Assembly (NCBI GenBank): GCA_045644305.1
Contig: JAZRGS010000031.1
Location: 3,722-67,721 of the forward strand
Source of the DNA: Eubacteriales bacterium
GTDB lineage: Bacteria; Bacillota; Clostridia; Oscillospirales; CAG-382
Length of the DNA: 64,000 nucleotides
Direction of reading: 5' to 3'
Position 1 is the first letter of the stretch. The number at the start of each line of letters is the position of its first letter. Of the stretch, positions 1 to 7,361 are shown in pieces. The notes beneath the pieces were generated by a model, which was given only the letters and a program-made list of their open reading frames with translations, did not search any database and was not told the DNA's origin. Both the position numbers and the translations under genes were made by a program.

Positions 1-747
1 TGCTGTCAGGTCTACCACGGACTTTACCGCATGAGCGATGAAAACAACGCCATCGTTGATGCGACGCGCGGACTTTTCTGTGCATACAACGGCGCGCCGA
101 TCATGGTGCTTTACCACAACTCCAACGGCGGCGCAAGCTGCTCGTCGGTTGCGGCTTGGGGCGGTGAAGAGGTTCCTTATCTCACAACCGTGTTCCAGGA
201 GGAATACGACGAGGGCGACAAGTGGAACCGCGTTTACACAAAGACCGAATTTTTCGATTATTTGCGCTCGCGCAACAGCTTTTCGGGCTTGAAGGACGAT
301 GAAATCTCGATGCAGATTCTCGCGAAGGACCCCTACGGCTCGGATTATATCACGGTTCTTTCGGTCAGCGACGGAAGCGGCAACAGCATCCAAATCGAAA
401 CGAGCGAGGACATCCGCTCGGCTTGCGGCTTCAACAGCGCAAACTTCACGCTTGAATATTCGACCGAAATCGAGGTTCTCACCTCCGAAGGTAAGGTTGA
501 AAAGCGCAAGGTCGCCGGCATCCTCACCGAGGACGGCTATAAGCCCTTTAACGGCTTCGGCGAAAGCTATAAAACCACGCAAGGCCTTGAAATTGCACCC
601 GACAAGGTAACTGTTAACGGTATGGGCGCAGGCCACGGCGTCGGATTCTCGGCAACGGGCAGCGAAAAGCTCGCGAAGGACGGTTACAGCTACAAATATA
701 TCCTTTCCTTCTTCTTCAACGGCACCACGCTCGAGCTCGCTCACTAA
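1..747 (+). CDS. SpoIID/LytB-domain protein, 5'-truncated by the window edge
   Basis: The frame of ORF 31..747 stays open back to nt 1 (CCQVYHGLYR...). The motif NSNGGASCSSVAAWGGEEVPYL is typical of the SpoIID lytic transglycosylase family. A terminator follows. Confidence 0.7.
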   Translation, partial: CCQVYHGLYRMSDENNAIVDATRGLFCAYNGAPIMVLYHNSNGGASCSSVAAWGGEEVPYLTTVFQEEYDEGDKWNRVYTKTEFFDYLRSRNSFSGLKDDEISMQILAKDPYGSDYITVLSVSDGSGNSIQIETSEDIRSACGFNSANFTLEYSTEIEVLTSEGKVEKRKVAGILTEDGYKPFNGFGESYKTTQGLEIAPDKVTVNGMGAGHGVGFSATGSEKLAKDGYSYKYILSFFFNGTTLELAH

Positions 748-764
748 TAATTGCATAAAAAAAG

Positions 765-806
765 ACTTCACGCGTGATTTTTTGCGCGTGAAGTTTCCTA
801 TTTTTT
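765..806 (+). terminator. Intrinsic terminator after the spoIID-like gene
   Basis: Stem acttcacgcg (765-774) pairs with cgcgtgaagt (785-794), followed by ttcctatttttt. Confidence 0.7.
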
Positions 807-845
807 GAAAAATTATAAAAATTGCGTTAAAATTAATAAATCGAC

Positions 846-874
846 TTTACAAAAGCTTTAAGTTGAATTATAAT
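846..874 (+). promoter_or_regulatory. Sigma-A-like promoter
   Basis: TTTACA (846-851), 17-nt spacer, TATAAT (869-874). It lies about 40 nt upstream of the GGAGG-ATG at 912. Confidence 0.5.
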
Positions 875-911
875 ATCTTTTGCTATAAAAAAACATCAAG
901 GGAGGAAATTT

Positions 912-1733
912 ATGCGTTCGTCAAAGCTTCGTGTGGTCTTCATTGTCGCCATTTCGGTTATTATGTCAGCGCTCCGTACCTTTATCATCGCAAACAATAT
1001 GGAAAACAGCGCGAAAGACGCATATTATCTCCCCGAAAGCCTTGAAGTCACTGCGTTTTCGGTAGTGTCTGCATTGATTCTCTGCATCTGCCTTTATCTG
1101 GCGTTCGCCTTCGGCAGAAATAAAACGGTAAAGCTCGACCGCGCCTTTTCGGCAGTCCCCGCGGGCTCGCTCGTCCTCGCTTTTTCACTGATTTTCGCGG
1201 TTGCGACCTTTATTAACGACTTTATCAAGGCGGAAGTCAAGCAGGCTTCTGCGATGGACGTCATCGTAATTCTGCTCTCGGTGCTTACCGCTGTGAAATT
1301 TCTCTGGTCAGGTTTGTTCTACAATTACAAGGTCAAGAACGAAAGCGCTCACGCAGTTGCCGCGCTTTTGCCCATCTTCCTTTCGATTTTCAGAATATTA
1401 AGCGACTTTGTCCGCGCAAGCGCCGCTCCGACAGCATCCTCGGGCGCATACCACATCCTCGGGCTCGTCTCGGTGCTCCTTTATTTCCTCGTCGAGGGAA
1501 GCTCCTTCGTTAAAAAGGCGAACGGAACGCTCTATTACGCGCTCGGATATATTTCGGTATACCTCCTCTTGGTTTACGCGCTTCCGAACCTTATTTTGCA
1601 TTGCTTCGTATTCTGCTTCAACCCTCAAACCTCCTTCTCTATCGTCGACATCGGCATCGCCATCTACGTCGCCTCTCGCCTCTCCTCGGCTCAGCTTTTG
1701 GACAAGGAAGATTTGGACAGGGAAGAGGAATAA
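912..1733 (+). CDS. Polytopic membrane protein, function unknown
   Basis: 273-aa ORF with AGGGAGG 8 nt upstream of the ATG and multiple hydrophobic segments. No motif was recognised. Confidence 0.6.
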   Translation: MRSSKLRVVFIVAISVIMSALRTFIIANNMENSAKDAYYLPESLEVTAFSVVSALILCICLYLAFAFGRNKTVKLDRAFSAVPAGSLVLAFSLIFAVATFINDFIKAEVKQASAMDVIVILLSVLTAVKFLWSGLFYNYKVKNESAHAVAALLPIFLSIFRILSDFVRASAAPTASSGAYHILGLVSVLLYFLVEGSSFVKKANGTLYYALGYISVYLLLVYALPNLILHCFVFCFNPQTSFSIVDIGIAIYVASRLSSAQLLDKEDLDREEE

Positions 1734-1754
1734 AACAAAAAACGCCACTCCAAA

Positions 1755-1789
1755 ACAAAAAACCTCGATTACTCGAGGTTTTTTCTTTT
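1755..1789. terminator. Bidirectional terminator between convergent genes
   Basis: Hairpin aacctcga-ttac-tcgaggtt, flanked by an A-run and a T-run. Confidence 0.75.
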
Positions 1790-1809
1790 CCGTTTTTGTT
1801 GTTACAGAA

Positions 1810-2619
1810 TTACTCCAACTCGCCGAGAAGCGCGCCTTCATAGAATTCGAGCGTGCCGTTATCGCAAAGACGAGCGAGGTTGGGGTCGATAGGAAGCTTT
1901 GCAACCTTTTCGATGCCGTGCTCTGCCGCGACAGCGTCGACGTTGCCCTCGCCGTAGATAAAGTGCTTCTTGTTGCAGTCGGGGCACTGGAAGTAGGAAT
2001 AGTTTTCAACGAGACCGAGAATGGGAATGTTCATAAGCTCAGCCATACGTACCGCCTTGCCGACGATCATCGAAACAAGGTCCTGAGGGCTGGTTACGAT
2101 AATCATGCCGTCGACGGGGAGCGACTGGAACACGGTAAGCGGTACGTCGCCGGTTCCCGGAGGCATATCGATATACATAACGTCGTTTTCGCCCCAGTTA
2201 ACGTCGGTCCAGAACTGCTTTACACAGCCTGCGATGACGGGACCGCGCCATGCGACGGGGTCGGATTCGTTGGGGAGCAAGAGGTTGAGCGACATAACCT
2301 TAATGCCGGTCTTGCTTTCGGGGGGGATCATAGCCTCGCCGTCGCTTACAACGCCGCCGTTGACGCCGAATATCTTGGGAATCGAAGGGCCGGTGATGTC
2401 TGCGTCGAGGATCGCGACCTTCTTGCCGCTTCTCTGCGCGTTTATCGCAAGCAACGAGGTGCAAAGCGATTTGCCAACGCCGCCCTTGCCGCTTACAACT
2501 GCGATTACTTTGCCGATCTTGCTTCCGTCACGGAGCTTCTCGATCATGCTTTCCTTGGTTTTTTCTCTACTCGAGCAGTTTGCGCTACAAGTAGAGCAAT
2601 CATGCGTACATTCACTCAT
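1810..2619 (-). CDS. Mrp/NBP35 (ApbC-like) P-loop ATPase, Fe-S cluster carrier
   Basis: Deviant Walker A VSGKGGVGKS, a Cys-rich N-terminus, and a CPDC motif near the C-terminus. Confidence 0.85.
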   Translation of the reverse strand: MSECTHDCSTCSANCSSREKTKESMIEKLRDGSKIGKVIAVVSGKGGVGKSLCTSLLAINAQRSGKKVAILDADITGPSIPKIFGVNGGVVSDGEAMIPPESKTGIKVMSLNLLLPNESDPVAWRGPVIAGCVKQFWTDVNWGENDVMYIDMPPGTGDVPLTVFQSLPVDGMIIVTSPQDLVSMIVGKAVRMAELMNIPILGLVENYSYFQCPDCNKKHFIYGEGNVDAVAAEHGIEKVAKLPIDPNLARLCDNGTLEFYEGALLGELE

Positions 2620-2870
2620 CTTTTTTCACAGTCGCGATAGACCATGCAACAAATTTGTTGACGTCTCTCCGCGAATCCTTTCAATAATTTGTAACCCTCG
2701 ACGGGGTTCTATTATTTGTTACAATTCACTTTATAAGTTCTTTTTCTTCGCCGCGAAGAGTAGAACCATCGTCCACGCGGGGAGAATGCTTTATTTATAG
2801 CCGCCTCTACCGCGGGAACTACTTGGCGGATTATCCGCCCGCGGGAACTACTTGGTGCGTTACGCACCCT
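2620..2870 (-). repeat. Intergenic mosaic repeat, copy A (long variant)
   Basis: Shares ordered modules with 3684-4062, 5281-5805 and 6975-7160. Contains the 27-nt invariant core attatttgttacaattcactttataag and hairpins at 2825-2839 and 2854-2868. Confidence 0.9.
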
Positions 2871-3683
2871 TTACAGGGTTTTCAAGTAGGTTATGCTTAA
2901 TTTTGCACATTCCATGCGAGATTTATTCATCGAGGGATAGTCCTGCTCAACGATAAACCATTCAACGCCGCATTTTTCAGCCTTTTCGATAATCGGCGCG
3001 AAGTTTTGCACGCCGTATCCGACGGGGCGGAACTCAAATTCCTGCTTTACGGTTTCTTTCGGTTTGCTCTCGATGCCGATAAGCTCGTACATATTGTCGC
3101 TCTTTTGACCGACGTAGTCCTTCAAGTGGAGAAGCGGGCAACGGTTTGCGTACTTGTCGAGGTAGTGAATCGGGTCCTGACCCGCAACCGATACCCAGCA
3201 GGTGTCCATTTGCATCTTCAAAAGCTCGGCAGGGGTGGTGTCGTAAAGGTTGTCGAAGCCTGTTTCGCCGCTTTCAAGCAGAACGAAATCGAATTCGTGG
3301 TTGTGGTAGCTCAGCGACATTCCTGCGTCGTGCACAGCTTCGCCGATCTTGACAATCGCGTCGCGTGTCGCCAAGTAGTTTGCGCCGCCGGGACGGTCGT
3401 CTTCGCCGAGCCAAGGAATAACGATGTGCTTGCAACCGACGGTTTTGTATGTGTTGATAACGCCTGCGGTGTCACGGAGCAGGTCGGGAAGCGAAACGTG
3501 TGCCGAAATCGGTGTAAGACCGATTTTTTCGACAAGCGCCTTCATCTCCTCGGGCGTTTTTCCGTAAAGTCCTGCGAACTCGACGCCCTCGTAGCCGTAT
3601 TCCTTAAGCGCCGTTAAGGTCGCTTCAATATCTCTTTCGGCATCGTCTCTTACCGAATATAACTGTATAGCAATAGGTTTCAT
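2871..3683 (-). CDS. Sugar phosphate isomerase/epimerase (xylose-isomerase-like TIM barrel)
   Basis: 270-aa ORF. The pattern IQLYSVRD...GYEGVEF...HNHEFDF is typical of the AP-endonuclease-2/TIM-barrel family. Confidence 0.75.
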   Translation of the reverse strand: MKPIAIQLYSVRDDAERDIEATLTALKEYGYEGVEFAGLYGKTPEEMKALVEKIGLTPISAHVSLPDLLRDTAGVINTYKTVGCKHIVIPWLGEDDRPGGANYLATRDAIVKIGEAVHDAGMSLSYHNHEFDFVLLESGETGFDNLYDTTPAELLKMQMDTCWVSVAGQDPIHYLDKYANRCPLLHLKDYVGQKSDNMYELIGIESKPKETVKQEFEFRPVGYGVQNFAPIIEKAEKCGVEWFIVEQDYPSMNKSRMECAKLSITYLKTL

Positions 3684-4062
3684 TTCTTTTCAATTTCGCG
3701 GGCGCGTGACGCGCCGAGCAGTTTCGCGATGAGCCTTTCAACAAGCTCATAATGCTCTCTCCGCGATACCCTTCAATATTTTGTTGCCCTCGACTCCACG
3801 CGGAGTGAGGTTTTTCTGCTTTGTTAGGGTTTACCGCGGGCTTTACTTGGTGCATTATGCACCCGCGATACCCTTCTATATTTTGTAAGCCTCAATTGGA
3901 TTCTATTATTTGTTACAATTCACTTTATAAGTTCTAACCCCTCGTTACGAAGAGTAGAACCGTCGTCCACGCGGGTGGAAGGCTTTATTTATAGCCGCCT
4001 CTACCGCGGAACTGAAAAGGCGGGTTACCCGCCCGCGGGAACTACTTGGTGCATTATGCACC
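3684..4062 (-). repeat. Intergenic mosaic repeat, copy B (short unit plus long unit)
   Basis: About 83 nt (3688-3770) match 6978-7059 with one mismatch. Hairpins lie at 3701-3715, 3849-3863, 4019-4033 and 4048-4062. Confidence 0.9.
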
Positions 4063-5280
4063 CCATTTGCCGTCGACGAAGATGGGGGTAGCGACGCCGT
4101 CCTTGTAGCCGGTGATGCAGAGGTCGTCGGAGCCGATCATAAAGTCAACGTGGATCATCGAGTCGTTAACGCCGAGCGCGTGAAGCTCGTCAAGGGTCAT
4201 GTTTTCGAATCCCTTAACACAGCCGGTGTAGCCCGAGCCGAGAGCAACGTGGCAGGACGCGTTTTCGTCGAAGAGGGTGTTGTAGTAAAGCAATCCGCTT
4301 GCCGCGATGGGGGAGTCCTTGGGGACGAGCGCAAGCTCGCCGAGCATTCTGCTTCCCTCGTCGGTGGTGATAATCTTACCGAGCGCTTCCTCGCCCTTTT
4401 CGGCGTGCCAAGCAACAGCCTTGCCGTCCTCGAAGTCGATATAGAAGTTTTCGATAAGTGTGCCGCGTGCCGAAAGCGGCATCGCAGAAACGAGTCTGCC
4501 GCTGCATTTGCCCTTCATCGGGGTGGTGAAGATCTCCTCGGTCGGCATATTCGGGTTGTAGAATACACCCTGAAGCGTGTATTCGCCGCCGCCGCACCAA
4601 ACGCTTTCCTTCATAAGCTCGCACTTGAAGTCGGTGCCGTTTTTGGAGGTATAGTGGAGATAATCGAACTGCATTTTGTTGAGCCATTCGCTCTTTTCGC
4701 GGAACGCCTGATTCTTTCTGTCCCAAGCCGCGATAGCGTCGTTGGTTTCGTCGCATTCGACGGTCGCAAGGATTGCCTCCCAAAGCTTTTCAACGGCAAC
4801 GCTTGTGCGTTCGTTGGGGAACACCTTCTTCGCCCACGCCTTGCCGGGGATAGCGCAAACCAGCCACTGGTGCTTGTTGTCCATCGCGTCGCGGTAGGGC
4901 TTGATAAGCTTCGAAGCGGCGATGCTTGCCTTCGCGAGCTTTTCCTGATTAACAGAAGCGAGCCCGTCGGGGTCCTCGCAGATAAGACGGATGCGAGCGG
5001 GGAGAATTTCGGAATCGTGCTTAACGCGCTCGACCTGCCAAGCGGGAACGTCGCAAAGCGAACGGGTGGTGCGGTGTCTGTAAGCAAGCTTGGTGAGCTG
5101 GGTCATCGACCAGTCAACGCGAACGTTGCCCGCGCCTGCACGGTATGCCTCTTCGGCAAGGATTGCGACGAAATCCGCCGCCTCGACGTCAGCGCCGATG
5201 TTCAACTGCTGACCCTTCTGGATGTTTACGCCCTGCTTGATAAGAAGCTTCGCGTATTTTCTCATTACACTTTTCTTCAT
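4054..5280 (-). CDS. M29-family aminopeptidase (AmpS/PepS-like)
   Basis: The N-terminus MKKSVMRKYAKLLIKQGVNIQKGQ and overall length fit aminopeptidase II/T. I prefer the ATG at 5280 over the ORF-track start at 5304, which lies inside the repeat. Confidence 0.8.
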   Translation of the reverse strand: MKKSVMRKYAKLLIKQGVNIQKGQQLNIGADVEAADFVAILAEEAYRAGAGNVRVDWSMTQLTKLAYRHRTTRSLCDVPAWQVERVKHDSEILPARIRLICEDPDGLASVNQEKLAKASIAASKLIKPYRDAMDNKHQWLVCAIPGKAWAKKVFPNERTSVAVEKLWEAILATVECDETNDAIAAWDRKNQAFREKSEWLNKMQFDYLHYTSKNGTDFKCELMKESVWCGGGEYTLQGVFYNPNMPTEEIFTTPMKGKCSGRLVSAMPLSARGTLIENFYIDFEDGKAVAWHAEKGEEALGKIITTDEGSRMLGELALVPKDSPIAASGLLYYNTLFDENASCHVALGSGYTGCVKGFENMTLDELHALGVNDSMIHVDFMIGSDDLCITGYKDGVATPIFVDGKWGA

Positions 5281-5805
5281 TTTTTTAGTTTCGCGATGAG
5301 CCATACAACAAGATTGTTAACTCTTCATCGCGATTCCTTTCTGGTATTTGTTAACCTCGACTCCACGCGGACTGAGGTTTTTCTGCTTTGTTAAGGTTTA
5401 CCGCGGGCTTTACTTGGTGCATTATGCACCCGCGATACCTTTGGCGCGTGACGCGCCGCACAGTTTCGCGATGTGTCGGTCAACAAGCTCATAATGCTCT
5501 CTCCGCGATTCCTTTCTGGTGCTTGTAACCCTCAATTGGGTTCCATTATTTGTTACAATTCACTTTATAAGCTCTAACCCTTCGCCACGAAGAGTAGAAC
5601 CATTATCCACGCGGGTGGAAGGCTGTTTTAAATTTCAAACTTTACCGCGGGAACTGAAAAGGTGTGTTACACACCACGCGGGTATAGCGTTACATTATTT
5701 TGCCGCCTTTATCGCGGGAATTGCTTGGGGCGTCACGCCCCCCCGCGGGAGCTGAAATAAATGCGAGACCTCTGTTGAAAGAAGTCTCGCAAGGCAGCTC
5801 GATAA
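5281..5805 (-). repeat. Intergenic mosaic repeat, copy C (module set present twice)
   Basis: Same modules as copies A, B and D. Hairpins lie at 5416-5430, 5443-5457, 5661-5675 and 5727-5741, and the invariant core at about 5545-5571. Confidence 0.9.
5750..5792 (-). terminator. Intrinsic terminator after yajC
   Basis: On the minus strand, stem gcgagac/gtctcgc (5763-5769 with 5784-5790) is followed by atttatttc. Confidence 0.6.
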
Positions 5806-6183
5806 TTACTTTTTCATTTTCACGTTGCTGTCGACTTTGGAATCCTTGACTTCCTTAACCGCGGGCTCGTTAGCCTTTTCGAGAACCGAGTGGACCGCCC
5901 ACTTCTGGATCTGGATCTTGGTTCTGTTGCCGCTGGTTTCAACGAGAAGCATGTCCTCGGTGATCTTAACGACCATAGCCACGATGCCGCCGGTGGTGCA
6001 GATAACGTCGCCAAGCTCGATCGAATTGCGCATATCCGCGGTTTCCTTTTCCTGCTTCTTCTGAGGACGGTAGATGAAGAAATAGAAGACCAAAACGAGC
6101 GGAACGAGAGTGATGAGAAGCGAAATCGCGCCGCCGCCTGCGGGTGCGGTTTCTTCAAGCATCAAAAGATTTGTAAGATTCAT
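5806..6183 (-). CDS. yajC: Preprotein translocase subunit YajC
   Basis: Single N-terminal TM segment, then YRPQKKQEKE...GDVICTTGGIVAMV, the YajC signature. Confidence 0.85.
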   Translation of the reverse strand: MNLTNLLMLEETAPAGGGAISLLITLVPLVLVFYFFIYRPQKKQEKETADMRNSIELGDVICTTGGIVAMVVKITEDMLLVETSGNRTKIQIQKWAVHSVLEKANEPAVKEVKDSKVDSNVKMKK

Positions 6184-6974
6184 TTTAAGTTACCTTCGCT
6201 GTATTTTATTCTTTTTACGTTTGTGCAATAAAGCGTGCTTTCGTCGATTTCGAAGACCGCGCCGGTAAGCGCGATATTCTTCTTTTCGGGGATGCCCTTC
6301 ATGCGGACGTTCTTTGTAAAGCACGATATCGCGGTGTTGTAGGATACACCGATGATCGAATCTGTGCTTCCGCACATCCCGATGTCGCTGATATAACCGC
6401 TTCCGCGGTCGGTGAGCCGTTCGTCGGCTGTCTGCACGTGGGTGTGCGTGCCGAACACCGCTTGAATCCGTCCGTCGAAGATATGCATGAACGCCTGCTT
6501 TTCGCTGGTTGCCTCGCCGTGGAAATCGCAGATAGCAATGTCGTAATTGCCCTTTTGGCGCTCAAGCAGACGCTCGACCGCGTGGAACGGCGAATCGACC
6601 GGGTCCATAAAGACCTGACCGCAAACCGAAATAACCATCGCGCGAAGCCCGTTTTTTATCGGAACGATGCAATAGCCCTCGCCCGGCGAATCGGGCGGGA
6701 AGTTGAGCGGACGAAGCACCGTCGGCTCGTCCTCGAGCAGGTCGAAAATCGCGTATCTGCGGAAGGAATGGTTGCCGCCCGTGAGGACGTCGGCGCCGCT
6801 TTCAAACAAAATGTCGGCGTCGTATTTCTCCAAACCGCTTCCTTCGTGAGCGTTTTCGGCATTTACGATAACCAAGTCGGCGTTTTCCGCGTTCTTGATC
6901 CTTCGCAAGTTTTTCCGCACAAATTCCAAGCCGGGGGTTCCGAAAACATCTCCCACCGCAAGAATTCTAACCAT
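6180..6974 (-). CDS. ymdB: YmdB-family metallophosphoesterase (2',3'-cyclic-nucleotide phosphodiesterase)
   Basis: MVRILAVGDVFG...GNH...GTHTHVQTADE, and it lies directly downstream of rny as in Bacillus. Confidence 0.85.
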   Translation of the reverse strand: MVRILAVGDVFGTPGLEFVRKNLRRIKNAENADLVIVNAENAHEGSGLEKYDADILFESGADVLTGGNHSFRRYAIFDLLEDEPTVLRPLNFPPDSPGEGYCIVPIKNGLRAMVISVCGQVFMDPVDSPFHAVERLLERQKGNYDIAICDFHGEATSEKQAFMHIFDGRIQAVFGTHTHVQTADERLTDRGSGYISDIGMCGSTDSIIGVSYNTAISCFTKNVRMKGIPEKKNIALTGAVFEIDESTLYCTNVKRIKYSEGNLK

Positions 6975-7160
6975 TTTTTCAATTTCGCGGGCGCGTGACG
7001 CGCCGAACAGTTTCGCGATGAGCCTTTCAACAAGCTCATAATGCTCTCTCCGCGATACCTTTCTGGTATTTGTTAACCTCGACTCACGCGGAGTGAGGTT
7101 TTTCTGCTTTGTTAAGGTTTACCGCGGGAACTACTTGGCGGATTATCCGCCCCGCGATAC
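6975..7160 (-). repeat. Intergenic mosaic repeat, copy D (short variant, no AT-rich core)
   Basis: Near-identical to the first half of copy B. Hairpins lie at 6990-7004 and 7137-7151. Confidence 0.9.
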
Positions 7161-7272
7161 CCTTTCTTTTTTCAAAGTCACGATAAACGAAACAATATGC
7201 TTGTTACCGTTTCGCCGTGAAATTTTATTTAAATACAACTTACCCGAAAAGCGTTCAGAGCAGATGCAGATT

Positions 7273-7326
7273 GGACAAACAGAACCCGAAGCTGTAGTAA
7301 TCTACTGCGAGCGGTTCTGTTTGTTC
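7273..7326 (-). other. Long stem-loop 3' of rny, without a canonical U-tract
   Basis: acaaacagaacc (7275-7286) pairs perfectly with ggttctgtttgt (7313-7324), and the inner part pairs partially. No T-run follows on the minus strand. Confidence 0.4.
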
Positions 7327-7361
7327 AAAACAAAGTATTCTGCGCTGCTATGGACGGTTTT

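Noticed and set aside
3625-3855. Small ORFs inside the intergenic repeats and tRNA flanks (3625..3855 -, 5519..5755 +, 7093..7374 +, 13663..13980 -, 13755..14111 -, 13866..14093 +, 50555..50923 +, 50705..50962 -).
   Set aside because: Reading frames are not conserved between repeat copies. The ORFs run through hairpins, terminators or the tRNA genes themselves, and they lack SD sequences. They are treated as non-coding.
4048-4062. The stop codon of the aminopeptidase gene (TAA, 4054-4056) is exactly the loop of a repeat hairpin, and the loops read TAA/TGA/TCA on the sense strand. This raised the idea of programmed stop-codon hairpins.
   Set aside because: Only 1 of 12 hairpins overlaps a stop codon, and the others are 3-400 nt away from any ORF end. 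It is most simply the repeat having inserted flush against the gene end.
7273-7326. A rho-independent terminator of rny.
   Set aside because: The stem is long and perfect for 12 bp, but the T-run lies upstream of the stem rather than downstream on the gene strand. ymdB is normally co-transcribed with rny. It is kept only as an unexplained stem-loop (a possible processing site).
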